Assembly: GCA_041736805.1 (NCBI GenBank)
Contig: JBGSSW010000008.1
Location: 2,897-66,896 of the forward strand
Length of the DNA: 64,000 nucleotides
Origin: Minisyncoccia bacterium
GTDB taxonomy: Bacteria; Patescibacteriota; Minisyncoccia; Phycocordibacterales; UBA918
Direction: 5' to 3'
Every line of letters starts with the position of its first letter. Position 1 is the stretch's first letter. This document shows, piece by piece, positions 55,597 to 64,000 of this stretch. The notes under the pieces are model-generated. The model was not told the origin of the DNA. It saw only the letters and a program-made list of their open reading frames with translations, and did no database searches. The translations under genes were made by a program, and so were the position numbers.

Positions 55597-57774
55597 ATGG
55601 CACGAGAATTTGGAGTAGATAGAATGCGCAATTTTGGTATTGTAGCGCACGTAGATGCTGGTAAAACCACCACATCTGAAAGAGTACTTTTTTATACCGG
55701 CATGAGTCACAAGATCGGTGAAGTGCACGATGGTGCCACTGTCACTGACTGGATGGAACAAGAACGAGAGCGGGGTATTACTATTACCGCCGCTGCTATT
55801 TCATGTAACTGGTCAAAGACAGATGTGGAAGACCGAAAAGACCGAACCCAGATGTACAACTTCAACATCATTGATACTCCAGGACACATCGACTTTACTG
55901 CTGAGGTAAAGCGTTCAATGCGTGTTCTTGACGGTGCTGTAGTTGTATTCGACTCTGTCGCTGGGGTAGAGCCACAATCAGAAACTAACTGGGGCTACGC
56001 TGATGAGGCTGGAGTACCTCGTATCTGTTTCATTAATAAGATGGACCGACTAGGTGCGAGTTTTGAAAAGTCATATGCCAGTATTCTAGATAGACTTTCA
56101 AAGAAGGCTGTTCGTCTCCAGCTTCCATGGGGTGCGGAAGATCAGCTAAAGGGAGTGATTGACCTAATGATAATGAAGGCTTATGTCTTTGAAGGTGAAA
56201 TGGGAATGACAGTTAGACAAGTTGAAATTCCAGAGGAACTCATGGCTGACGCCGAAAAATACCGAGCCGAATTGGTAGAAAAAGTTGTTGAGCATGATGA
56301 TGTTTTAATGGAAGCCTTCTTAGCGGGTGAAGAACCTTCAATTGAAAACCTAAAAAAGACTCTTCGGAAGGCGGTCATCGCTAACCAGATTTTCCCAGTA
56401 TTGACTGGCTCTGCCCTTAAGAACATTGGAGTACAGCTGGTATTAGACGCTGTGGTAGATTATCTACCTGCTCCGACTGACCTACCACCAATTAAGGGTA
56501 TTAATCCAAAAGACGATAGTGACATTACTCGTCTGCCAGATGATAGTCAGCCATTTTGCGCTTTGGCCTTCAAGCTTCAAACTGACCCATTTGTCGGACA
56601 ACTTACTTTCTTCCGAGTTTATTCTGGAGTAGTGAAGGCTGGAAGTTATATTTACAATTCAACAACTGGAGAAAAAGAAAGACTAGGACGTATCGTACGA
56701 CTACAAGCCGACAAGCGAACAGAAATTGAAGAGGTGTACGCAGGAGAAATTGCGGCTGGAGTAGGACTCAAAGAAGTAAAGACCTCACACACTCTTTGTG
56801 ATGAAGCTAACCCAATTATTCTAGAACAAATCGTCTTCCCAGAGCCAGTGGTAGCACTGCGAGTAGAGCCAAAGACAAAGGGTGACCAAGAACGAATGGG
56901 TGTGGCTCTAAAGAAGTTGTCAGACGAAGACCCAACTTTCAAGGTTTCAACTGATGAAGAGACAATGGAAACTATTATTGCTGGTATGGGCGAACTACAC
57001 TTGGAGATTCTGGTTGACCGTATGAAGCGCGAGTTTAACGTAGAAGCAAATGTCGGCGCACCTCAAGTAGCCTATCGAGAAACTATTCAACGCGAAGCCG
57101 AGGCAGAATACAAGTACGTTAAGCAGTCTGGAGGTCGTGGACAATATGGGCACGTTAAGATTCGAATTCGTCCCCTCCAAGAACTTGTGTTGGCGGAAGG
57201 AAAGTCCCTAGCCAAGAACATTACTCGGGAAGACCACTTCGAATTCGTCAACAGCATCAAGGGAGGAGTAATTCCAGGAGAATTTATTCCAGCGGTTATG
57301 AAGGGCTGTAAGGAAGCGATGGCGAGAGGATTTGTGGCCGGATACAAAATGGAAGACGTTTCAGTTGAACTTTTTGACGGAAGTTTCCATGATGTAGACT
57401 CTTCAGAAATCGCTTTCAAATTAGCTGCTATCCATGCTTTCAAAGAAGCGGCTGCTAAAGCCGGAGCGGTACTACTAGAACCAGTAATGAAAGTGGAAGT
57501 ACGTACCCCAGAACAATTCATGGGTGACGTAAACGGAAATATTTCTAGTAAGCGTGGTCAGGTAGAAGGAATGGGTGATATTGGCGACAAGAAAGTTATT
57601 ACTGCCAAAGTACCTCTGTCTGAAATGTTCGGCTATACGAACATGCTGCGTTCTATGACTCAGGGTCGCGCTTCGATGATGATGGAATTCCATCACTACG
57701 ACGTAGTACCACCAAATGTGGCCAATGATATTAAGAAAATGAGGGGTGTAAAAGATATCGAAACAGTAGAATAA
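55597..57774 (+). CDS. fusA: translation elongation factor G
   Basis: AHVDAGKTT, DTPGHIDF, NKMDR G-domain motifs; 725 aa. Confidence 0.95.
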   Translation: MAREFGVDRMRNFGIVAHVDAGKTTTSERVLFYTGMSHKIGEVHDGATVTDWMEQERERGITITAAAISCNWSKTDVEDRKDRTQMYNFNIIDTPGHIDFTAEVKRSMRVLDGAVVVFDSVAGVEPQSETNWGYADEAGVPRICFINKMDRLGASFEKSYASILDRLSKKAVRLQLPWGAEDQLKGVIDLMIMKAYVFEGEMGMTVRQVEIPEELMADAEKYRAELVEKVVEHDDVLMEAFLAGEEPSIENLKKTLRKAVIANQIFPVLTGSALKNIGVQLVLDAVVDYLPAPTDLPPIKGINPKDDSDITRLPDDSQPFCALAFKLQTDPFVGQLTFFRVYSGVVKAGSYIYNSTTGEKERLGRIVRLQADKRTEIEEVYAGEIAAGVGLKEVKTSHTLCDEANPIILEQIVFPEPVVALRVEPKTKGDQERMGVALKKLSDEDPTFKVSTDEETMETIIAGMGELHLEILVDRMKREFNVEANVGAPQVAYRETIQREAEAEYKYVKQSGGRGQYGHVKIRIRPLQELVLAEGKSLAKNITREDHFEFVNSIKGGVIPGEFIPAVMKGCKEAMARGFVAGYKMEDVSVELFDGSFHDVDSSEIAFKLAAIHAFKEAAAKAGAVLLEPVMKVEVRTPEQFMGDVNGNISSKRGQVEGMGDIGDKKVITAKVPLSEMFGYTNMLRSMTQGRASMMMEFHHYDVVPPNVANDIKKMRGVKDIETVE

Positions 57775-57866
57775 TTTTACTTAAGTAAAACAATCTGGGA
57801 GATTATATTACGGACCCTGAAGGATGTGGTTGACGAGGTGTAAAGAAAAACAACCGAAGTAAACCT

Positions 57867-57896
57867 AAAAGCCGCCGGCACTTGCTGGCGGCTTTT
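57867..57896. terminator. rho-independent terminator downstream of fusA
   Basis: aaaagccgccggcac-ttgc-tggcggctttt. Confidence 0.6.
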
Positions 57897-57924
57897 AGGT
57901 TTAGCAAAGACATAAAAAATGAAA

Positions 57925-57967
57925 AGCCCGTTTTGTTTTAGCTTATTAAAAGCTAAAACAAAACGGG
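57925..57967. terminator. long perfect hairpin terminator (18-bp stem)
   Basis: gcccgttttgttttagctt-attaa-aagctaaaacaaaacgggc. Confidence 0.6.
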
Positions 57968-57989
57968 CCGATTCTCCAGAGCGACTTGG

Positions 57990-58400
57990 TCAGACTGCAA
58001 CCGATTCGGTCGTGGGCTGACAAAGTGTGTGAGCGAGCGGATTGTGGGCGACACCAATCAACATGGTGATAGCTCCGGTGTCTTGTTGGTGCCAAGCGGC
58101 GGTCGCTACGGTGTGATAGTTTCCACGAGCCAACCGCGGTGCCGCCTGAGGCAGAACACTGGGTAGGTTGTTCTTGACCCACTCGAAGACCATCTCGATA
58201 GTGATACCTTTACCGTGAAGTTGTTGCTGTGTCAGCTGAGAGCCGTCGTCTGCCAAGATCTCGAAATCTACAGCACTCCATCGGACTGAGTGAGAGTTTG
58301 CAACTGCTGCTGCAGAACCACCTCTTTCTTTTAGGGAAATCCCTTGAAACCCCCAACCATTTCTCCCGGGGATTTTGGTTTGAAAGTAAAATGTCGACAT
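57990..58400 (-). CDS. hypothetical protein (GC-rich ORF between fusA and tuf)
   Basis: 136 aa, GC about 55%. Confidence 0.35.
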   Translation of the reverse strand: MSTFYFQTKIPGRNGWGFQGISLKERGGSAAAVANSHSVRWSAVDFEILADDGSQLTQQQLHGKGITIEMVFEWVKNNLPSVLPQAAPRLARGNYHTVATAAWHQQDTGAITMLIGVAHNPLAHTLCQPTTESVAV

Positions 58401-58606
58401 CTCTGACTCCTAGTGTTGCCTAAAGGCGGGTTGAACTTCCAAACGGGATTAAAACATAGAAGTATAAATAAGTCCACCTATAGGCATTACCAATGTCTGC
58501 AATGAATTATTTATTTAAATTAACTCATTTAACATTTACATATTAAGCATATATGGTATAAAAGTAGCTATCGGTCCGGGTGGATTGATACGGGTAAGGT
58601 CCCCGT

Positions 58607-59110
58607 TTGTACAATGTAGTATTCAGGAGAATTGAATTGGAAACCAGAACAGAAGTTGGAGTTCATGAGAGTCTCATTCCGTTTCAGCAAAAACGACAAC
58701 GGGTCGTCATGGTCGCCCTTATCGTCGACCCGAACAACCGTTTTCTGGTGTTGAATGGACTCTTGCCAGAACAGCCACATGAGTTTGTGGGCAACTGCAC
58801 ACATGAAGGTCTGATGTCCTATGTCACACGCTTGGTTGAATGGAAACTACACTTCTCGATCAAGCGGATTTACCAGATGGCCAAGGTCCACTATCCGAAT
58901 CCTGACCCGACCCCCAATGACCCGATGTACGTGGTCGTACGGGTTGACGTCAAGATTCCTCGGACCATTGCCGGCGGTGAATGGGTTTCGTCGGCCGAAC
59001 GGGCCAAGCAAATCGGCGGTGATGATCCGATGATCCTCAATTGCGCTCAATTGCACATGGGCTCCAACCTGGCTTGGCAGACATCCAAACCTGAAGTTCA
59101 GCTGAGCTAG
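58607..59110 (+). CDS. hypothetical protein (GC-rich ORF between fusA and tuf)
   Basis: 167 aa, GC about 55%, divergent from the 57990 gene. Confidence 0.4.
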   Translation: MYNVVFRRIELETRTEVGVHESLIPFQQKRQRVVMVALIVDPNNRFLVLNGLLPEQPHEFVGNCTHEGLMSYVTRLVEWKLHFSIKRIYQMAKVHYPNPDPTPNDPMYVVVRVDVKIPRTIAGGEWVSSAERAKQIGGDDPMILNCAQLHMGSNLAWQTSKPEVQLS

Positions 59111-59130
59111 CGCGTCGCTCACTCAAGTTC

Positions 59131-59168
59131 ACAGCCGGTCTCTTTCGGGAGCCGGCTGTTTTATTTTT
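59131..59168. terminator. rho-independent terminator
   Basis: cagccggtctc-tttc-gggagccggctg followed by ttttatttt. Confidence 0.55.
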
Positions 59169-59254
59169 AGATTGGAAATATAGGGGTAAATGGTTGTTAA
59201 AGCTGGGCAAGGCGAAGCCTTGCCCAGCTTTAACTGAGGCCTACTTACAACTTC

Positions 59255-59283
59255 TTGCAAAACTCACGCACTCTGGTACTATT
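59255..59283 (+). promoter_or_regulatory. sigma70-like promoter (TTGCAA-17-ACTATT) for the tuf leader
   Basis: ttgcaa at 59255-59260, a 17-nt spacer, and actatt at 59278-59283. Confidence 0.35.
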
Positions 59284-59287
59284 GCCG

Positions 59288-59429
59288 AACCGCACACAGC
59301 ATATGTCTGTGCGTGGAGCGAACATAGTATTGCTCTTTCACACGTTTCGAGTGTTCATTCTAAGCGCGATTGTTCTCGCGCCGCCTAGAATGTACGCTCG
59401 GACATAGCTTTTTGCAGCTGTGTGCGGTT
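59288..59429 (+). promoter_or_regulatory. structured tuf 5' leader (closing 13-bp helix aaccgcacacagc/gctgtgtgcggtt with internal hairpins)
   Basis: 13-bp complementarity between 59288-59300 and 59417-59429. Internal hairpin gcgcga-ttgttc-tcgcgc. Confidence 0.35.
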
Positions 59430-59457
59430 TATAAACTAAAATTAATCTTTCATTAAT

Positions 59458-60651
59458 ATGGCAGATACATTTGATCGTTCAAAGCCACACGTTAACGTAG
59501 GAACTATTGGTCACGTAGACCATGGTAAGACTACTTTGACAGCCGCAATTCTTACAGTACTAAACCAAAAAGGAGGTGGTTATAGTGCAACAACTAAGGG
59601 AGTAGACGAAATTGACAAGGCTCCTGAAGAAAAAGCACGAGGTATTACTATTTCTCTCTCACACTCTGAGTACGAAACTCCAAACCGACACTACGCACAC
59701 ATCGATGCGCCAGGTCACGCGGACTATATCAAAAACATGATTACTGGTGCTGCTCAAATGGACGGAGCTGTACTTGTCGTGGCTGCTACCGACGGAGCGA
59801 TGCCACAAACTCGTGAGCACGTTCTTCTTGCTAAACAAGTAGGTGTACCAAATATTATCGTATTTCTTAATAAGTGCGATATGGTCGACGACGAGGAAAT
59901 GATTATGTTGGTAGAAGAAGAACTACGAGAACTTCTAACTAAGAACGGTTTTGATGGTGCTAACGCTCCAGTTATCAAAGGTTCTGGACTTAAGGCTCTT
60001 GAAAATCCTACTTCAGAGTGGGGAGATAAGATTATCGAACTTGCTAACGCAATGGATACTTTCTTCCCAACTCCAGTTCGAGATCTAGACAAGCCTTTCC
60101 TAATGCCGATTGAGGACATCTTCTCGATTGAAGGACGAGGGACTGTTGTAACTGGTCGTGTCGAACGAGGAGCGGTAAAGGTGGGTGAGGAAGTTGAAAT
60201 TGTTGGTATTAAAAACACAGCTCTGACAACAGTGACTGGAGTGGAAATGTTCAACAAGCAACTAGATCGAGCTCAAGCTGGAGACAACGCTGGTATCTTG
60301 CTTCGCGGGACAAAGAAAGAAGATGTACACCGAGGACAAGTGCTAGCTAAGAAGGGTTCAGTTACTCCACATACAGAATTTGAGGCCGAAGTATACGTAC
60401 TTTCAAAGGAAGAAGGAGGTCGTCACACGCCATTCTTCTCTGGTTACAAGCCACAGTTTTATGTTCGAACCACAGACGTTACAGGAGATGTAACATTAAA
60501 TGAAGGAGTAGAAATGATTATGCCTGGCGATACTGCTACTTTCAAAGTTAAGCTAGTAGCCCCAGTAGCTATGGAAGAACAAACTAACTTCGCTATTCGT
60601 GAAGGGGGTAAGACAGTTGGTGCTGGTGTTGTAACAAAGATTGTTGCTTAA
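59458..60651 (+). CDS. tuf: translation elongation factor Tu
   Basis: [21 protein letters not shown]; 397 aa. Confidence 0.97.
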   Translation: MADTFDRSKPHVNVGTIGHVDHGKTTLTAAILTVLNQKGGGYSATTKGVDEIDKAPEEKARGITISLSHSEYETPNRHYAHIDAPGHADYIKNMITGAAQMDGAVLVVAATDGAMPQTREHVLLAKQVGVPNIIVFLNKCDMVDDEEMIMLVEEELRELLTKNGFDGANAPVIKGSGLKALENPTSEWGDKIIELANAMDTFFPTPVRDLDKPFLMPIEDIFSIEGRGTVVTGRVERGAVKVGEEVEIVGIKNTALTTVTGVEMFNKQLDRAQAGDNAGILLRGTKKEDVHRGQVLAKKGSVTPHTEFEAEVYVLSKEEGGRHTPFFSGYKPQFYVRTTDVTGDVTLNEGVEMIMPGDTATFKVKLVAPVAMEEQTNFAIREGGKTVGAGVVTKIVA

Positions 60652-60679
60652 CAATTATTCGATTACTAAATTACACACT

Positions 60680-61075
60680 ATGGCCACTGATACTACAAAA
60701 AAAACTACTAAAGCCAAGGAAGTTAAAGCCAAAGAGCCAAAGGTGAAGGAAGCTAAGAATGCTGCTGAGATTAATAAACTTCGTATTCGAGTTCGTGCCT
60801 ACGAGCACAAAATTCTTGACGCGAGTATCAAGCAAATAATTGACACAGCTCTACGTTTCGACGCTAAGGTGGTTGGCCCAATTCCACTTCCAACTGAGAT
60901 TAAGAAATATACTGTTAATCGTTCTTCATTCGTGTATAAAGATGCGCGAGAACAATTTGAGATGCGAACACACAAGCGAGTAGTAGATATTCTAAATCCC
61001 AGTCCAAAAGTGGTAGAGGCTCTAACTAACCTCTCACTTCCTTCTGGAGTCAATATTGATGTAAAGATGATGTAG
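60680..61075 (+). CDS. rpsJ: 30S ribosomal protein S10 with a Lys/Ala-rich N-terminal extension of about 30 aa
   Basis: KLRIRVRAYEHKILDASIKQIIDTA...KDAREQFEMRTHKRVVDI. The ATG at 60680 is preferred over the in-frame upstream start that overlaps tuf. Confidence 0.85.
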   Translation: MATDTTKKTTKAKEVKAKEPKVKEAKNAAEINKLRIRVRAYEHKILDASIKQIIDTALRFDAKVVGPIPLPTEIKKYTVNRSSFVYKDAREQFEMRTHKRVVDILNPSPKVVEALTNLSLPSGVNIDVKMM

Positions 61076-61090
61076 TATTCATCCGCCATT

Positions 61091-61132
61091 ATAAACAAAA
61101 AGCCACACATAAATGTGTGGCTTTTTGTTTAT
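61091..61132. terminator. rho-independent terminator downstream of rpsJ
   Basis: aaacaaaaagccacacat-aaa-tgtgtggctttttgttt. Confidence 0.65.
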
Positions 61133-61257
61133 AATGGCTAATAAATTAACCAAAATTATCCACAACCTTTTAAAATTCACCTCTTTGTAATATTTTCTCA
61201 AGTTATACTATAGGTACTCAAATAGTACTTAAATGATAAAATCATTTTATAAAATAT

Positions 61258-62394
61258 ATGGAAGCAACAAATTATAGCTATCCTGGCCCTGAACCAGTTG
61301 AACAAGAATCACATAAGTCGTTTAAGATTTACATAATTATTGGGAGCATTGTTCTAGCATTGTTTTTGCTTTGGTCAGCTGGTTATTTGGACAAAAAGGA
61401 GCATCAGCCTATTACTTACGAAGAAGTACTTCAGGTAAGTAACGATAATCTTGACCCGGTTCCTTTGCAAAACTATTTTGTTGAGCAAGTAGCTGCAGGT
61501 GTTAATGATGATAAGACCAGGTCAGCCATCTATTGGATTACACACCGTTACTTCGATAATGGAGGAAATATTTACGAAATATCCGATTTCATAGAAGCTC
61601 ATCCTGAGATTAGTTTTCTTAAGGAGGCTGAGCTGATTTACCCTGAACAATTTCAAAAGATAAGAGAAAAAAAGGTTCCTAAAACATATAGTTTCGATTC
61701 ACTATATGCCATGCTGGCATACTATGAGGTAATTGATAAAAATAATTATGGGGACATTGCTATATGGGGTTTGGCAGCGAATAAGTATGCTGAGTTAACT
61801 CTGTGGAGTATTCCTGAAGATGAAACTAAAATAGATGAAGAATATCTCAAGTCATATCGACAACTACGTTCACGTTCAGAATACTTTATCGAAAGAATTA
61901 ATAACTTCATAAACAAAAATACTCAGGAGACAAATACTCTAGCCGATTTAAACAACCTAAAAACCGTTCCTACCGACGATCTTTTAGTTGGTCTAAATCA
62001 GTATGCAAGTGCATTACTTATCTTAAAAGGAACGGGGAATGAGGCAAGGAGTAACTTTTCACCATTTCAAATTTTTGAATTTAATTCAGAATATGCCAAA
62101 GCTAATGTCCCAAGACTTTATCTTTTTACCAACTATCTTTTTGCTACCTCACTTGCTTATAGTGGGAATACTTCTAAAGCGGAGGTCGCTATACCCCTTG
62201 ATAGGGTAGTAGCTTATGTCCGTGAAAATCAAAACCAAGGCCCGGCTACTATCAACAGAATTTTATCGTCTAAAGTTAATACTGAAAGAGGGGTATTTGA
62301 TTATGATGTAACCCAAATCTTGGCTGCGGCTCATCCAGGCTTTAAAGGATGGTTATTAGATAGCGGCTGGACTGAAGCGGACTTCCAAAAGTAA
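61258..62394 (+). CDS. hypothetical membrane-anchored protein
   Basis: N-terminal TM (IYIIIGSIVLALFLLW), 378 aa. tataaaat lies immediately before the ATG. Confidence 0.4.
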   Translation: MEATNYSYPGPEPVEQESHKSFKIYIIIGSIVLALFLLWSAGYLDKKEHQPITYEEVLQVSNDNLDPVPLQNYFVEQVAAGVNDDKTRSAIYWITHRYFDNGGNIYEISDFIEAHPEISFLKEAELIYPEQFQKIREKKVPKTYSFDSLYAMLAYYEVIDKNNYGDIAIWGLAANKYAELTLWSIPEDETKIDEEYLKSYRQLRSRSEYFIERINNFINKNTQETNTLADLNNLKTVPTDDLLVGLNQYASALLILKGTGNEARSNFSPFQIFEFNSEYAKANVPRLYLFTNYLFATSLAYSGNTSKAEVAIPLDRVVAYVRENQNQGPATINRILSSKVNTERGVFDYDVTQILAAAHPGFKGWLLDSGWTEADFQK

Positions 62395-62499
62395 AATTAA
62401 AATAGCTAAGATTTACTTATGTACACATTAAATTATTACCAAAGCAGTAATTTTGCTAAAATTAAGGTATTCAAGCATAACTTTGATTTATTATAAAAT

Positions 62500-63249
62500 A
62501 TGGTAAAAAAAATTAATAAAAAGATAATCTTTCGTTTTTCGCTAATATTTTCTAGTTTTCTAGCTCTCTTTGTTAGTTCTACAAAAAATAACGACGGATT
62601 AATTAAAGGTTTAGAAGATTCTGTTAAGTCAGTTAGTTCAGTATTGTCTTTGGACAAAGTCTATGCAGAGGACGGTTGTGGTGATTGTTGTGGTAGTGGT
62701 TGTGACGGTTCTTATAACTATACTTTTCCAACCCCTTCTTCGTCTGGAATTGGTTTACGATTTGTTGATGTGAGCCAAGCACCTCCTCCAAGAAGAAGCT
62801 CAGGATGCTTTATTGCTGGCACCAAGGTTACTTTGGCAGCAGGAGATTTAAAAAATATCGAAAGCATTGATATTGGTGAAGATTTATCTGGGGCTAACGA
62901 TTCATCTAATAAGGTAGAAAAATTGCACGTTATACCGTACAGTGGCGACGTCTATGCTTTTAATGGCAGTGGCCATTATTTCTTCACCCCTTCGCATCCG
63001 TTCATGACAACTAATGGCTGGAAGTCTATTGATCCTCAAATGAGTAAAGAAGAAAACCCTAGTTTAGAAGTTTCAGTACTAAATGTTGGAGATATATTAA
63101 TTAAACAAGGCGATAAAAAAGAGGAAGTTGTTTCGCTTGAAAAAATTACCATGGAAACCACTGTTTATAATTTTAAAGTTAGTGGAGATAGCAGCTACCA
63201 CGCCGATGGTTATCTTGTTCATAATGCCCCCACAAAGAGAATACCCTAA
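62500..63249 (+). CDS. secreted Hint-domain protein (Hedgehog/bacterial intein-like architecture: signal peptide, Cys-rich N-domain, then C-terminal Hint domain)
   Basis: Hint block A G|CFIAGTKV at residue 103 (nt 62806), block B FFTPSHPF (TxxH), and terminal block VYNFKVSGDSSYHADGYLVHN. No +1 nucleophile follows: HN-APTKRIP-stop. Confidence 0.6.
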   Translation: MVKKINKKIIFRFSLIFSSFLALFVSSTKNNDGLIKGLEDSVKSVSSVLSLDKVYAEDGCGDCCGSGCDGSYNYTFPTPSSSGIGLRFVDVSQAPPPRRSSGCFIAGTKVTLAAGDLKNIESIDIGEDLSGANDSSNKVEKLHVIPYSGDVYAFNGSGHYFFTPSHPFMTTNGWKSIDPQMSKEENPSLEVSVLNVGDILIKQGDKKEEVVSLEKITMETTVYNFKVSGDSSYHADGYLVHNAPTKRIP

Positions 63250-63344
63250 GAGGCCCAATAAATATTTCTTCATTAGTTAAAATTATCCCCCTAGCCGCTT
63301 GAGTAAATACCCGAAGTTTTTTTAAAGTCATATATAATATAAAA

Positions 63345-64000
63345 ATGAGACAACTCAATAAAATAAATTTTCTGGGCTTTTTTATACTAATCTTTATGAT
63401 GCCGTACTTTGGTCAAGCCTATACTATTAAAGCCGGCCAAGCAGTGGGCCTTAATTTTATAAGTCAAAATGTTCTAACCTGCCAAGCAAAAAATGATTAC
63501 TATTACCCTGCTTGGGGTGGTAATAATCTCTGGACCAATACAGCTAATAGAAATGGCCAAATTACTATTGGATTAGGCCAACTCAGTGTACCGGGCAATT
63601 CCACTTTTTGGTATCAATGTCAGGATGACGATGCTCCGTTTGCTTGGTTAGTAAGTTGGGCTAACTTGACCGTTTTACCAAAAGATACTTTTCTAGGCAC
63701 AAGTAGTTGTAATGCTCCTCAAAATGACCAAGCTACCTTAAATTGGTTCAATGTCCAATATGCTGATTCTTATGCTGTTTTAATTACTCAGCCACCTAGT
63801 GGTTGCCCTGTTGGTTGGTCACCAAACGGTGGAGGGGAGTGTATTATTTACCATCCTGCTGATTTGGGTGTGTCTAGCTCAATTACCTTTCCTACGCAGA
63901 CATTGTTCAATTATTCTTGGCGTGTAGCAGCTCGTACTAGTGGTTTGCAGGGGGATTACTCCACTCCGGGAACGGTTTTTAGTTGTATTGCACCTAATGT
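63345..64000 (+). CDS. secreted hypothetical protein (5' partial, runs off window end)
   Basis: Signal peptide MRQLNKINFLGFFILIFMMPYFGQA. tataat at 63332-63337 lies before the ATG. Confidence 0.4.
   Translation, partial: MRQLNKINFLGFFILIFMMPYFGQAYTIKAGQAVGLNFISQNVLTCQAKNDYYYPAWGGNNLWTNTANRNGQITIGLGQLSVPGNSTFWYQCQDDDAPFAWLVSWANLTVLPKDTFLGTSSCNAPQNDQATLNWFNVQYADSYAVLITQPPSGCPVGWSPNGGGECIIYHPADLGVSSSITFPTQTLFNYSWRVAARTSGLQGDYSTPGTVFSCIAPN

Noticed and set aside
55488-57696. Multiple short ORFs overlapping fusA in other frames or strands
   Set aside because: They are embedded in a highly conserved gene and are frame artefacts.
59754-60257. 167-aa minus-strand ORF inside tuf
   Set aside because: Antisense to tuf. 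It is an artefact.
1-64000. CRISPR arrays, transposases, integrases, reverse transcriptases and restriction-modification genes
   Set aside because: No regularly spaced direct repeats and no ORFs with DDE, tyrosine or serine recombinase, RT (YxDD) or MTase motifs were seen. tRNA-associated oddities are reported as findings without claiming a mobile element.

Overview
This 64 kb window looks like a chromosomal segment of a small-genome bacterium with about 40-42% GC. The gene content suggests a Patescibacteria/CPR-like organism, but that is inference from content only. Core housekeeping genes present include corA, a TrmB-family regulator, an ECF sigma/anti-sigma pair, hup, rny, tig-clpP, ppa, nusA, tpiA-pgk, recJ, rnhA, a split comEC, sodA, rpmB, and the str-operon genes rpsL, rpsG, fusA, tuf and rpsJ. 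About 9 kb of accessory genes sits between rpsG and fusA, and two GC-rich ORFs sit between fusA and tuf. A type IV pilus cluster contains pilB, pilC and three large prepilin-like proteins. There are two tRNAs, Pro-UGG and Gly-UCC, and a RelE/RelB-like toxin-antitoxin pair. GC-rich (about 50-55%) ORFs of unknown function are scattered through the window. Many genes have a -10-like TATAAT hexamer a few nt before the ATG, which suggests leaderless mRNAs. Most worth a second look: (1) a secreted Hedgehog/bacterial-intein-like Hint-domain protein with a Cys-rich N-terminal module; (2) a mosaic cluster of an ATP-grasp ligase, an isoaspartyl peptidase (IaaA), a class-I glutamine amidotransferase and a RimK-like ATP-grasp fragment behind a GC-rich structured leader; (3) two adjacent GC-rich genes that each end in a conserved palindromic 3' module, a cassette-like arrangement; (4) tRNA-Pro centred between a perfect 22-bp inverted repeat; (5) tRNA-Gly preceded by a partial duplicate of itself; (6) a 14-mer palindromic motif repeated around yraN. 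I found no CRISPR array, transposase, integrase or reverse transcriptase. Coordinates of non-ORF features may be off by 1-2 nt.
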